A DNA stretch of 64,000 bases from Candidatus Pacearchaeota archaeon (GCA_018303995.1 JAGVXB010000013.1:27490-91489), one strand, 5' to 3'; numbered from the stretch's first letter, positions 29,316 to 39,426 are shown. Made by a program: numbers and translations. The notes: a model not told the origin generated them from the sequence alone.

Positions 29316-30298
29316 TGAAACTATCATTAAAAGACGCAAAAAAGATAGCTGATTCTCATTCTTTGGGAAAAGTTATAGATATTAAACCAATTAACGAAGG
29401 TTTATCAAATTATAATTTTGATTTGACCTCAAAAGAAGGAGATTTTATTATTCGTTTTTCTTCTTTTAAATCCAACAAAACACAATTAGACCGATTAAAA
29501 TTACAAACTGAAGCAATCTCTTTCCTTAATGGAAGAGGTTTTGAGTATAAAATACCTGTACCAATTAGAAACAAAAAAGGCTCTTTTATTTCTAAAATTG
29601 ATGATAAATATTATTGGGTTTACAGAAAAGTAGCAGGAGAAGTATATTCTGACATTAAAAAAATGGATATTAAACAATTAGCAGAACTAATCGCCAAATA
29701 TCATAAAATAATGAGAGACTTTCCATTGAAAAAAACAACAGCTGGTTTTTATGGAGAGTCTGGATTGAAAGAAGGTTTACTCGAGATTAAAAATAAATTA
29801 AATAATGAAAAAGTAAAAGACGATATTGATTTATACATGCAAAAGAATTTAGATATTTTTGAAAAAGCAATTAAAAGAGTTCCGACTATAAACTATGGAA
29901 AAGAAGTAACTATAGCCCATTCAGATTGGTATATTGGTAATGTGATTTATAATAAAGATAAGATAATAGGCCTTATAGATTTCGATTTATTTGAAATAAC
30001 CACTTATCTAAAGGATATTGCGTGTGCAATACAATTATACTGTTTTACTAAAGACAACAAATGGGATAAAAAGGCTGCAGAAGAATTTATTAAAGAATAT
30101 GAAAAATTCTCTCCATTAGAAAAATTTGATAAATATCATCTTAAAGATTTAATAATTAGAGAAAGTTGTTATGGAGTATTAGTTTTTTATTTGAAAAATA
30201 AAAAAGTAAATGAAAAAAAGAGATTATTTATGTTAAATTGGTTCCTAAGTTCAATAAAAAACCTAATGGAAGACATAGAAAACAAAGATTATTATTAA
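29315..30298 (+). CDS. Aminoglycoside/choline/homoserine-kinase-type phosphotransferase (APH family)
   Basis: HSDWYIGNVIY (HxDxxxxN catalytic loop) and IDFDL (DFG-equivalent). The start overlaps the upstream stop (TAATG). Confidence 0.7.
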   Translation: MKLSLKDAKKIADSHSLGKVIDIKPINEGLSNYNFDLTSKEGDFIIRFSSFKSNKTQLDRLKLQTEAISFLNGRGFEYKIPVPIRNKKGSFISKIDDKYYWVYRKVAGEVYSDIKKMDIKQLAELIAKYHKIMRDFPLKKTTAGFYGESGLKEGLLEIKNKLNNEKVKDDIDLYMQKNLDIFEKAIKRVPTINYGKEVTIAHSDWYIGNVIYNKDKIIGLIDFDLFEITTYLKDIACAIQLYCFTKDNKWDKKAAEEFIKEYEKFSPLEKFDKYHLKDLIIRESCYGVLVFYLKNKKVNEKKRLFMLNWFLSSIKNLMEDIENKDYY

Positions 30299-30301
30299 CT
30301 A

Positions 30302-30811
30302 CTAAGGAACTCGTAAATGATTTGTGTCGTTAACAGTAGTCATTCTCCAAACTCCAGTGCTTCCAATATTTTGGCGCTGTAACACAGAAATGCTTCCAGG
30401 CCATAAAGAAAAGTGTCTTGTTGAATGCAAAGGCATACCAGTAAGTCTACTTATGACTGCTCTATGTATACCATCCCCCAGAGCAACAACACTATCTTTC
30501 CCATTTTTAACCACTTCATCAATAAATAAATTAATATATTCCAGATTTTCAACATCTGCTTCAGTAAGATTTCCCTCAATTACAGATTTCTTAACCTCTA
30601 CAAATCTCTCATCATGAAATATAGGAATTCCCAGCGACTTGCCTAATATCCCAGCACTCTGTCTTGAAACATCATGCCCATTGGCATATATCCTATCGGC
30701 CCTAAAGTGATCTATAACAAGCCGATTAACAAGCATATTGAGTTGCCAAATGCCGTTATCAGTTAAACTATTACCATCATTTTCCCCAGGATGAATAAAA
30801 TAAATTTTCAT
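30302..30811 (-). CDS. Histidine-phosphatase (PGAM-like) superfamily protein
   Basis: IYFIHPGENDGNSLTDNG resembles RHGE..N...D.pLt..G, with R replaced by I. Confidence 0.5.
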   Translation of the reverse strand: MKIYFIHPGENDGNSLTDNGIWQLNMLVNRLVIDHFRADRIYANGHDVSRQSAGILGKSLGIPIFHDERFVEVKKSVIEGNLTEADVENLEYINLFIDEVVKNGKDSVVALGDGIHRAVISRLTGMPLHSTRHFSLWPGSISVLQRQNIGSTGVWRMTTVNDTNHLRVP

Positions 30812-30870
30812 GTTTAATTTCCAATATCAAGAAGCAATAAAATAAAAACTAGTTTTTAAACTAACTGTTT

Positions 30871-33330
30871 TTAAACAACATAAATCGCAGGTCTTCCAGG
30901 CTTAGCTTTCCCACCCTTATTCTCAGGGTCAAACTTCATTTTATCATTAACAGCAAAAACAGAAACCTCAATCCCTAACCTTTTAGACAAAGCATCTATA
31001 TTAAATAAAACAACCTCATTAGGAATGGCATAAAGATAAACATGTGAGGCCATTTTACCTTCTTTCTCTTTAACAATCTTCAAAATATTCTGTATATCAG
31101 AAATAGTTTTTTCGAAACTCTCCTCAGCTTTATCAATCGAATCATTAATCTTACTTTCATCAGCAACAGGCCAATTAGATATAGAAATCAAAGTCTTAGA
31201 ATCAATAAATTTATTCCAAAGCTCTTCAGCAATATGGGGCGCAAAAACACTAAGTAACTTCAAAAAGTTCCCAAAATCATATTTGCTAATCTCTTCTTCA
31301 AAAGAATCAAACAAAGCACGCAATTTAATCACGGCGATATTATAATTAATACTCTTAATTTCTTTTGAAATCTCGATAATTCCCTTGTTCATCTTATGCT
31401 CGACACGAGAACTAGATTTACCAAAATTCACAGAATGAGCATAATTCCAAACTTTCTGAACAAACCGATGCATAGATTCAACACCTGTAGAACTCCAAGA
31501 GAAATCCTTATCTGGAGAAGCCACACTCATAAGAAACAATCTTAATGTATCTGAGCCATATTTTTTAGTAGTGTCTAGAGGATCTATGACATTTCCTCGT
31601 GATTTAGACATTACAGCCCCATCTTCTCCATGAAGCATTCCTTGATTAAATAATCTAGTAAATGGTTCGCTAATCGTAACATATCCTAAATCGCGTAATG
31701 CCTTAGTAAAAAAACGAGCATAAATCAAATGCATACAAGCATGTTCAGCTCCCCCACTGTAAAAATCAACAGGCATCCAACGCGAAACATCTTCAGGAGA
31801 CAAAGGACGTTTAGTATTTCCAGGGTCCGTGAATCTTAAATAATACCAGCTACTATCCATAAAAGTGTCCATAGTATCTGTCTCGCGTTTTCCAATTTTC
31901 CCACACTTAGGACATTTAACATTCAAAAATTTATCATTAGTAAGAAGAGGATTTCCTTTTCCAAATTCCACTTTCTGGGGCAACAACACAGGCAATTCTT
32001 TCCCAGAAACAGGTACAGCACCACAATCATCGCAATAAATTATAGGAATAGGTGTCCCCCAATATCTCTGCCTAGATATTAACCAATCACGTAATTTATA
32101 CTGCGTAACAAAACGACCAAGCTTCTTAGATTCAAGAGCCTTAACAATATGTTGCTTAGCCTCATCATTCTTCAAACCATTAAATTCAGACGAATTAACT
32201 AAATTACCCCAATCTGTATAAGCTCCATTTTTCCAATCATAATCTTTAGGACATCCTATGACCTGTTTTATCTCTAACCCATACTTCTTAGCAAACTCAA
32301 AATCCCTAGCATCATGGGCAGGCACAGCCATAACAACGCCCGAGCCATAATCAGCAACTACAAAATTACCCGTCCAAATAGGAATCTTCTTTCCAGTTAA
32401 AGGATGAATTGCATAAGAGCCAGTAAACACTCCTTCTTTTTCCATTTTATCGGCATCTTCCTGTTTGGTTGATTTAATTTTCTTCAAGAAAGTATCAACA
32501 TTTTTCTTATTCTCTTTAGTAACTAACTCCCCTAAACGAGAATGCTGAGCAGAAATAACTAAAAAAGTAACTCCAAATAAAGTATCAATTCTAGTTGTAA
32601 AAACAGGCCATTTTTCATTATTAATTGAAAACATAACTTCAGCACCTTCGCTCTTTCCAATCCAATTTCTCTGCATCGCCTTTATGCGCTCAGGCCAATC
32701 AAGAACATCGACATCTTTCAAAAGCTCTTCAGCATACTTAGTCGTTTTAACAAACCACTGCTCCAAATTTTTAATAATAACATTAGTATCTTTATGTCTC
32801 CAACACTTTCCATCATGTACTTGCTCATTAGCAAGCACACTATCACACTTAACGCAATAATTAACTCCGGACGCTTTACGATAAACAAGCCCTTTTTTTA
32901 AAAACTCTAAAAAGAAATACTGATTCCATTTATAATATTCAGGATCATGACTTTGAATGACACGGCTCCAATCATAGCTAATTCCTAAAGTTCGCAACTG
33001 AGTGACAAATCTCTTTATGGCAGTATCTGTATACTTTTGCGGATGCACTCCTTCTTTTATAGCTGCATTTTCAGCAGGCAATCCAAAACTATCAAAACCC
33101 ATAGGATGAAGCACAGAACAACCATTCATTCTCATGAAACGCGCTAAAATATCTGGAATAACATACTGAAAAGCATGTCCCATATGAAGCCCGTTAGCAC
33201 TAGGGTAAGGATACATTGCAAGTGCATAATACTTAAGCTTCTTACTATCCTCTTTAACCTCGAATACCTTCGCTTTTTCCCACTCTTTCTGCCACTTTCT
33301 ATCTATTGAGTTAAAATTAACAGATTTCAT
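30871..33330 (-). CDS. leuS: Leucyl-tRNA synthetase, bacterial type
   Basis: PYPSANGLHMGH (HMGH), VMSKSRGN (KMSKS); 819 aa. Confidence 0.9.
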   Translation of the reverse strand: MKSVNFNSIDRKWQKEWEKAKVFEVKEDSKKLKYYALAMYPYPSANGLHMGHAFQYVIPDILARFMRMNGCSVLHPMGFDSFGLPAENAAIKEGVHPQKYTDTAIKRFVTQLRTLGISYDWSRVIQSHDPEYYKWNQYFFLEFLKKGLVYRKASGVNYCVKCDSVLANEQVHDGKCWRHKDTNVIIKNLEQWFVKTTKYAEELLKDVDVLDWPERIKAMQRNWIGKSEGAEVMFSINNEKWPVFTTRIDTLFGVTFLVISAQHSRLGELVTKENKKNVDTFLKKIKSTKQEDADKMEKEGVFTGSYAIHPLTGKKIPIWTGNFVVADYGSGVVMAVPAHDARDFEFAKKYGLEIKQVIGCPKDYDWKNGAYTDWGNLVNSSEFNGLKNDEAKQHIVKALESKKLGRFVTQYKLRDWLISRQRYWGTPIPIIYCDDCGAVPVSGKELPVLLPQKVEFGKGNPLLTNDKFLNVKCPKCGKIGKRETDTMDTFMDSSWYYLRFTDPGNTKRPLSPEDVSRWMPVDFYSGGAEHACMHLIYARFFTKALRDLGYVTISEPFTRLFNQGMLHGEDGAVMSKSRGNVIDPLDTTKKYGSDTLRLFLMSVASPDKDFSWSSTGVESMHRFVQKVWNYAHSVNFGKSSSRVEHKMNKGIIEISKEIKSINYNIAVIKLRALFDSFEEEISKYDFGNFLKLLSVFAPHIAEELWNKFIDSKTLISISNWPVADESKINDSIDKAEESFEKTISDIQNILKIVKEKEGKMASHVYLYAIPNEVVLFNIDALSKRLGIEVSVFAVNDKMKFDPENKGGKAKPGRPAIYVV

Positions 33331-33382
33331 ACCAGCATCTAAAAAAGCATGAATTTAAAACTTTCCAACAACTAAAAAAGAC

Positions 33383-34366
33383 ATGAAAAAGAGCAACCCC
33401 TCATTATCTAAACAATTAACTAAAATAATGGAAACCAAATTCTTGACTGTAAAAAAAGACCAGAAAGTTTCAGAAGTTTACCAGTTATTGAAAAAAAAAT
33501 CAAATTTATTTGAAGTAATGGATTACATTTACGTTATAGAAAAAAACAACGAACTCATCGGAGTATTTTCAATAAAAGATCTTTTTAGATTTCATTCAAA
33601 TACCCCAGTTCAAAGATTCATGCAAACCAAAGTAATAACTGTATCTGCCAAAACAGAAATAGAAAGAGTAGCGCATATAGCTCTAAGGCATGGAATAAAA
33701 GCAGTTCCAGTTGTAGAAGGAAAAAAGATAACTGGCGTAGTCTCAAACAAAGATATTATTCAAATATTAAATAACTCGTTAAGAAAAGATACATTTCACC
33801 TTGCAGGTATCCACCATTCTCATTTAGAATATGAAAACACTATGGACGTTCCAGTAATGAAAAGCGTCATTCACAGAGCTCCATGGTTAATAAGTGGATT
33901 AATAGGAATCTTAGCAATAGCTGCATTTATAGGAATTTTTGAAAACACATTAAAAGAAAATTTAATTTTAGCATCCTTCATCCCAGTAATAGTCTATATC
34001 TGTGGAGCACTATGCACTCAAATAGAAGCCCTGTTAGTGAGAGATATTGCTGTAATGGGCAAAGACCTCAAGATAGTAAAATACATACTAAAACAAGGAA
34101 CAATAAGTGCAATTATTGCTTTAGTAATAAGCACATTATTATTCTTAACAATCACATTCTTCTGGCAAGACAATAATATCGCCTCGGTAATAAGTTTAGC
34201 AGCATTTTTATCGTTAACGTTAACAACCTTAGTGTCATTTACAATTATTTTAGGAATAAAGAAATTAGGTGGCGACCCCGCATTAGGAGGAGGCCCATTC
34301 GGAACGGTAATGTCTGACTCTCTTTCAATAATAGTTTATCTTCTCGTAGCAAATTGGTTGTTATAA
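33383..34366 (+). CDS. CBS-pair plus MgtE-like transmembrane domain (putative Mg2+ transporter)
   Basis: Two CBS motifs, then a 5-TM domain ending GGDPALGGGPFGTVMSDSLSIIVYL. Confidence 0.55.
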   Translation: MKKSNPSLSKQLTKIMETKFLTVKKDQKVSEVYQLLKKKSNLFEVMDYIYVIEKNNELIGVFSIKDLFRFHSNTPVQRFMQTKVITVSAKTEIERVAHIALRHGIKAVPVVEGKKITGVVSNKDIIQILNNSLRKDTFHLAGIHHSHLEYENTMDVPVMKSVIHRAPWLISGLIGILAIAAFIGIFENTLKENLILASFIPVIVYICGALCTQIEALLVRDIAVMGKDLKIVKYILKQGTISAIIALVISTLLFLTITFFWQDNNIASVISLAAFLSLTLTTLVSFTIILGIKKLGGDPALGGGPFGTVMSDSLSIIVYLLVANWLL

Positions 34367-34401
34367 GGTAAGCTTAAATATAAAAAAACCTTATATAAAG
34401 A

Positions 34402-34914
34402 ATGATAACTGCACACATATCAAGCGAGAAAATACATTCTACTTCTCCAGAAGCATTTGACTTATTTGAAAAATCCAGATTCGGAGAAAAAGTCAGAGAC
34501 AGAATAGAATATTCATGGGTAGAAGCTCTTTTCCTAAATATAAAAAAGAAACTCACTTTAAACCACAAATCAAAAGAAATTAGCTTCGACAAAGCAATCC
34601 AAATAGCAAAAAAGCAAGACAAAAGAATAGAAACAAAACTCACCTTATTTGAAAACCTAAGAGAAAAAGGCTATGTAGTAAAAACAGCCCTAAAGTTCGG
34701 AGCAGACTTTAGAATTTACAAAAAAGGCACCCAACCAGGTCAAGACCATGCACTATGGCTAGCCTATGCAGTAAGAGAATCAGAACCGCACACATGGCAT
34801 GATTTCGCGGCAAAAAACAGAGTAGCACACTCAACAAAAAAGAATCTCCTTATAGGCATAGTCGATGACGAAAATGATGTTCTATATTATGAAATCAGCT
34901 GGCTCAAGCCCTGA
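34402..34914 (+). CDS. endA: tRNA-splicing endonuclease (homotetramer-type catalytic subunit)
   Basis: YVVKTALKFGADFRIYKKG...HALWL...KNLLIGIVDDENDVLYYEISWL matches the EndA catalytic domain (Tyr, His, Lys); 170 aa. Confidence 0.8.
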   Translation: MITAHISSEKIHSTSPEAFDLFEKSRFGEKVRDRIEYSWVEALFLNIKKKLTLNHKSKEISFDKAIQIAKKQDKRIETKLTLFENLREKGYVVKTALKFGADFRIYKKGTQPGQDHALWLAYAVRESEPHTWHDFAAKNRVAHSTKKNLLIGIVDDENDVLYYEISWLKP

Positions 34915-35673
34915 CTACCTTTTACCTATGCTCCAAAGCATATTAAAGTATTCCAAAAAACTCTGCGCAACATCTCTAGATTTAATATAAATAGAAGTTA
35001 TCTCATTTCCAAAAATAATAATTACAGTTCTATCTTTGTAAACATTAATTGCTACAGGGGAAGTATGCTCGAGATACCTAGTTTCTGTTCCAGAATATTT
35101 CTTTTGAGAGTATAATTCTTTAGTTGATTTTCGTTGCACCTCGTTAAATAACATCTTCGTTTTAATTCCCTTCTCTTGCCTCATAACATGAATCTTCTCA
35201 AAAAAACCTTGTACTATCTCCTCATCAGAACCCCTAGTACCGCCAATAACATAGCAAGTATCTCCTTTTTTCATCATCTCGACCTGTTCTCTAAATATAA
35301 CTTCTAACCCTCTTAAGCCACTTAATAATTCCACTTCTTGTTCTTTCTTTGATGAATTAAATCTCAACATCAATTGAGGCAAAATAGAATTAGCATCATT
35401 TTCCATACCTAAAATTTTGCTCTTCTTCTCTTCAATATAATTCAAAATTTGTGATGGATTAGTGGGCTTAAAATGTTTAATCCCATCTTTAAGATAAATA
35501 GAAACAAGCCCTTTATTTTGTAATTTTTGAAGTAATTCATACACTTTAGAACCTGCAACTTTAGACTTATTTACTATATCGCCCCTAGTAGAATCTCCCA
35601 AATCGAGTAGTGCAAGATAAACATTTTTTTCAGATTCGGACAAGCCGATTTCATTCAAAAACAAAGTATTCAT
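34915..35673 (-). CDS. TrmB-family transcriptional regulator
   Basis: N-terminal GLSESEKNVYLALLDLGDSTRGDIVNKSKVAGSKVYELLQKLQNKGLVS plus a C-terminal TrmB-like domain. Confidence 0.65.
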   Translation of the reverse strand: MNTLFLNEIGLSESEKNVYLALLDLGDSTRGDIVNKSKVAGSKVYELLQKLQNKGLVSIYLKDGIKHFKPTNPSQILNYIEEKKSKILGMENDANSILPQLMLRFNSSKKEQEVELLSGLRGLEVIFREQVEMMKKGDTCYVIGGTRGSDEEIVQGFFEKIHVMRQEKGIKTKMLFNEVQRKSTKELYSQKKYSGTETRYLEHTSPVAINVYKDRTVIIIFGNEITSIYIKSRDVAQSFLEYFNMLWSIGKR

Positions 35674-35758
35674 AGGTACCCTAAGGGGGGAACTAATATT
35701 TAAGTATATTCGAAAGATAAAACAACTATAAAGTAGTTACAAAGCTACACACAAACAA

Positions 35759-36532
35759 ATGGAAAAAAAATCAGTATATGAAAGAAAGGAAAGAGAAGAA
35801 GATATTTACAGCTTCTGGCTCAGAAACGCCAATGAACGGCAAGTCCTAGAGAAAGCCCTCGATGACAGATTTCGTGAATGGTATAAAAAAACAGATAGTT
35901 CTCCTTTAAGAATAATAGATATGGGATGCGGAAGAGGTTCAGCAGCAATAAAATTACTTAATATCTTAAAAAGAAGGGGAATAAGCTATCAATATACTGG
36001 AATTGACCCATCTCCAAATCAGATAAGTATGTTTAAAGTAAATATGAGGGGAAGACCTAACGTAAGAGCATATTGTTCTACACTAGAAGAATTTACATCA
36101 AAAGATTCTTTTGATATAGCATTTGTAGTACATTCATTATACTATGTACAAAATATGACAGAATCATTAAAACAAATATTGGCCCTTTCAAAAAATGCAA
36201 TCATTGTACATCATGGAGAAAGGGGAATTAATGAAGTTCATAAAAGATTTAAGCCCCATGTAAGAAAAGGACCACATATCATCAGCACCCACGAAGACGT
36301 AACTAAAGCATTAGACAAACTTGAAATTAGATACGCAAAAAGAGTCTATCCTACAAAAACAAAAACTGCTTCTTGTAATGACCCTAAAAATTCAGAAGGT
36401 AGAAACATGATAAAATTCTTTTTAGAACAACCAACATTACCTGAGTCTACAATAGAACAAGTAAGCAAATATTTTGCAAAAAGAAAATTAGATTACCTAA
36501 CTCATGACATGGGACTAATAATAACAAAATGA
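35759..36532 (+). CDS. Class I SAM-dependent methyltransferase
   Basis: RIIDMGCGRGSAA (motif I) and VVHSLYYV (motif IV region). Confidence 0.65.
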   Translation: MEKKSVYERKEREEDIYSFWLRNANERQVLEKALDDRFREWYKKTDSSPLRIIDMGCGRGSAAIKLLNILKRRGISYQYTGIDPSPNQISMFKVNMRGRPNVRAYCSTLEEFTSKDSFDIAFVVHSLYYVQNMTESLKQILALSKNAIIVHHGERGINEVHKRFKPHVRKGPHIISTHEDVTKALDKLEIRYAKRVYPTKTKTASCNDPKNSEGRNMIKFFLEQPTLPESTIEQVSKYFAKRKLDYLTHDMGLIITK

Positions 36533-37065
36533 GCTTCCCAAATTTAATAAAAGCTATAAAAGAAGCGCAACAAATCAATTGCAATAATTACAAATTCAAT
36601 AAATATTCATTTGGTGAAGAAGGAACTTTCCTAACTTATGAGATTATAAAAGAAATAAAGGAAGGACTATTATCTATTTGTAACAAATTTAACCCAGATT
36701 ACATTGTTTCAACAGAGCCTGGAGGTCATTTATGGGGATTGTTAATTGCATCTGAAATAGGAAAACCAATTAATATAATAAGAAGCACTAATAATAAATT
36801 GACTTTAAATAAAAACATCCGCAGACAAAGAACTGGATACTGTATAAGAAAATTATATTTCGACAATTTCCGTGAAGGAGATTCTGTGATTATTGTAGAA
36901 GATGTAATCGGAACAGGGTCTACGCTAAAGTTAATAATTGACACATTAAAAAGCAAAGGAGTTAAAATCCAAGCAGCTTTATCAATATTAAGAAAGGGCA
37001 TAGATAAATTAGATATCAAATATAAAATACCTATCCTTTCAATAATTGACCTTAGAAACAAATAA
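36529..37065 (+). CDS. Type I phosphoribosyltransferase
   Basis: PRPP-binding loop SVIIVEDVIGTGSTL; 178 aa; 4-nt overlap with the methyltransferase gene. Confidence 0.65.
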   Translation: MSFPNLIKAIKEAQQINCNNYKFNKYSFGEEGTFLTYEIIKEIKEGLLSICNKFNPDYIVSTEPGGHLWGLLIASEIGKPINIIRSTNNKLTLNKNIRRQRTGYCIRKLYFDNFREGDSVIIVEDVIGTGSTLKLIIDTLKSKGVKIQAALSILRKGIDKLDIKYKIPILSIIDLRNK

Positions 37066-37098
37066 TGTTTAAACCCTAAAACTATTTAAAACCTTAAA

Positions 37099-38229
37099 TT
37101 ATTTTTTACAAGCAACCCTATATTGTGATATTCTCTCAAGAGTAGAATCTATTCCTCTTTCTAGATTTTGGTGCCAAGGTTGTGTTTTGGTATGAATAAT
37201 TAACAAGTCTTTTATTTGTTCTCTACTTATTGATCTTGGAATATCTTGAATAAAATTTCTAATTTTTTCTTTCTGATGCCTTCCAGGTAGGCAATTATAA
37301 GAAGTTATATCTGAATAAATTCTATGTATTGCTCTTAAGCTTTCACCACCTAAAAATTCTTCGTTCCCTAAAACTTCATAAAATGGCTTAATATAATCAA
37401 CATCTTGAACTCTTCTTAAATCATTAACAACCATGCATAATCTTTCAAGTCCGACAGCTACAAGAGATACTCCAAAATTAGCCTCTTCAATATCTAGAAT
37501 ATTTTTAGGATTATATAGACCTGAAAATCGAGGTTTCCAAAGAATATATTCTATTGTTCCAACATCTAACCGTTTTCCTGAATCAGTTCCAATATTAATC
37601 TCATTACGATATCCCCATGGCATACTGTATGGCATACTGTATGGCATACTGGTGCGCAAGAACGGACAGAGAAATGTATCGCGTGAAAGATCAGGTAAAA
37701 TGTTTCTTTCAGGAATGCCTGCATTCAAAAAGGCATTTTTAGATAGAGAATCCTCTGGAATTAAAAAATCAAAAGGATATTTTCCTTGCGTAATCTCTTT
37801 AATGCATCCGCCTTTTGCATAGCTGGGATAGACGCTTTCTTTGGGAATTCCAACTGCTTCCAAAAATCTAATCAGATTGTCAATTTGCCCCTCCTGTAGT
37901 TTTTTATAATCTGGTCTTTTCACTAGACTCAAAATACCAGTCAAGTCTGCGATTTCAAAAACGCCGAGATACTTCCATGAATCCTGTGTTCCTAAACGCG
38001 GTAAGTCTTCAGGTCTTACACAACTTTGAACAGTAGAAAAAATATAATTGTGGTCAAAGTCAACATACCTCCCATATTCTTTCAACCAAGGATCTTCCGT
38101 AAAACTGAGATTGAATGTTCCAGGAAAACCTGGGGTGATAAGGGGAGCTCTTTCTATTTTAACACAACCTTCATGTTTTGGCCAATTTTCAACCAAGTTC
38201 CTTAAATCTTGATATTTCATTTTCTTCAA
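37099..38229 (-). CDS. Stand-alone AlaRS class-II catalytic-core-like protein (paralog, not the canonical alaS)
   Basis: STVQSCVRPEDLPRLGTQDSWKYLGVFEIADL compares with QxCIRxxDLDxVGxTxRHxTxFEMMAH. LDVGTIEYILWK compares with LEVATLVFMxxE. ANFGVSLVAVGLERLCMVV compares with the motif 3 segment IVDTGYGLERFVW. It contains an in-frame PYSM x3 repeat. Confidence 0.4.
   Translation of the reverse strand: MKKMKYQDLRNLVENWPKHEGCVKIERAPLITPGFPGTFNLSFTEDPWLKEYGRYVDFDHNYIFSTVQSCVRPEDLPRLGTQDSWKYLGVFEIADLTGILSLVKRPDYKKLQEGQIDNLIRFLEAVGIPKESVYPSYAKGGCIKEITQGKYPFDFLIPEDSLSKNAFLNAGIPERNILPDLSRDTFLCPFLRTSMPYSMPYSMPWGYRNEINIGTDSGKRLDVGTIEYILWKPRFSGLYNPKNILDIEEANFGVSLVAVGLERLCMVVNDLRRVQDVDYIKPFYEVLGNEEFLGGESLRAIHRIYSDITSYNCLPGRHQKEKIRNFIQDIPRSISREQIKDLLIIHTKTQPWHQNLERGIDSTLERISQYRVACKK
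37615..37652. repeat. 12-nt tandem repeat (catactgtatgg, about 3 copies) inside the CDS
   Basis: ccatggCATACTGTATGGCATACTGTATGGCATACTGG encodes MPYSMPYSMPW on the minus strand. Confidence 0.85.
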
Positions 38230-38232
38230 TTA

Positions 38233-38610
38233 TTATAGCAAAGAAGTCGAACAACACTCTCTAACATAAATTGCATAACTCGTAATTCTTTTAGGTTTAA
38301 ATTCATGTATATGGTATTCATACCCATAATAATAGAATCCATCTTCATACCCTCCACTAGAAGAATGACCCGAACGTGAATGATAATTACAATCAAAAAT
38401 CATAGCCATTTTATCTAAGTTTTTTTTAACCTCTAGTTGTGATTGTGCCTCAATAGAAGATGAAACTAGCACTTCCAATCTTTTATTTTCAGGATCAATA
38501 CTTACTTCGTCACTAATTAAATTTAAGATAGCTACAGCTACCTCAACTTCTGTTCCCATACCATTTTCAGTTTCCATTTTAATCACTAAAAAGTTATCTT
38601 GAATATCCAT
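38233..38610 (-). CDS. Hypothetical protein with a Gly/Tyr-rich C-terminus
   Basis: ORF ends 4 nt before the AlaRS-core-like gene, suggesting an operon. SGHSSSGGYEDGFYYYGYEYHIHEF. Confidence 0.35.
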   Translation of the reverse strand: MDIQDNFLVIKMETENGMGTEVEVAVAILNLISDEVSIDPENKRLEVLVSSSIEAQSQLEVKKNLDKMAMIFDCNYHSRSGHSSSGGYEDGFYYYGYEYHIHEFKPKRITSYAIYVRECCSTSLL

Positions 38611-38682
38611 ATTTAAGATTATGGTGTAAAATAATTTACAACAAAAGCGAACCTTTAAATAATCAGAAAAATAGAAAAAGAA

Positions 38683-39426
38683 ATGGACTTAGAGTTACAA
38701 CTACAAAGAATAGGATTAGGAAAGCAAGAAGCTTCAGTATATTTAGCAAGTTTAAAATTAGGATTGGCAAAAGCCAGTGAAATAGCTCAAAAGTCTAGAA
38801 TTAAAAGAGAAGCATGTTATTATGTTCTTAATTCTCTACAAGAAAAAGGGTTTATCAGCGAGGTCATAAAATCTGGAGTCAAGCATTACAGTGCAATACA
38901 GCCTAAAAGAATCTTGGAAATAATCGAGGAGGAAAAAGATGAGAAAAAACAGACCATTAATGAAATATTAAACGAATTAGATTCTTTACAACAGAGTGCT
39001 CTTACACATCCCAAAATAGAGATATATGAAAGCATTGAAGGATTAAAAAATGTATTTTCACTGCTTATTCAACAAAAAAACCAAATAATCTGTAGTTATG
39101 TGCCCTCTAATATTATTGAACTACTTCCTTTTTTCAGTCTACAGTTCAGACACAAAAGAAAAGAAAATAACGTATATCTCAAAGTTATTACGGAAGAAAG
39201 CACTATTACTAAAGAGCTTAAGAAAAAAGACAAAGAGGAACTAAGAGAAATTAGATTTAATGATTCTATTGTAAAGGGAATGAACACAGCAATATACATA
39301 CAAGAAAGAGCTCTAATAATAATCAAAGCAAATAAAAAAGAACAAATTGGCATATATATTAATCAAGAAGATATAGCAAAATTACAATGTAAAATCTTTG
39401 ATAAAATATGGAAAGAATCTTCATAG
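38683..39426 (+). CDS. TrmB-family transcriptional regulator
   Basis: GLGKQEASVYLASLKLGLAKASEIAQKSRIKREACYYVLNSLQEKGFIS. Confidence 0.6.
   Translation: MDLELQLQRIGLGKQEASVYLASLKLGLAKASEIAQKSRIKREACYYVLNSLQEKGFISEVIKSGVKHYSAIQPKRILEIIEEEKDEKKQTINEILNELDSLQQSALTHPKIEIYESIEGLKNVFSLLIQQKNQIICSYVPSNIIELLPFFSLQFRHKRKENNVYLKVITEESTITKELKKKDKEELREIRFNDSIVKGMNTAIYIQERALIIIKANKKEQIGIYINQEDIAKLQCKIFDKIWKESS

Noticed and set aside
37615-37652. 12-nt tandem repeat as a possible CRISPR or minisatellite
   Set aside because: It has only about 3 copies, no spacers, and is in frame inside a CDS. It was kept as an intragenic repeat only.
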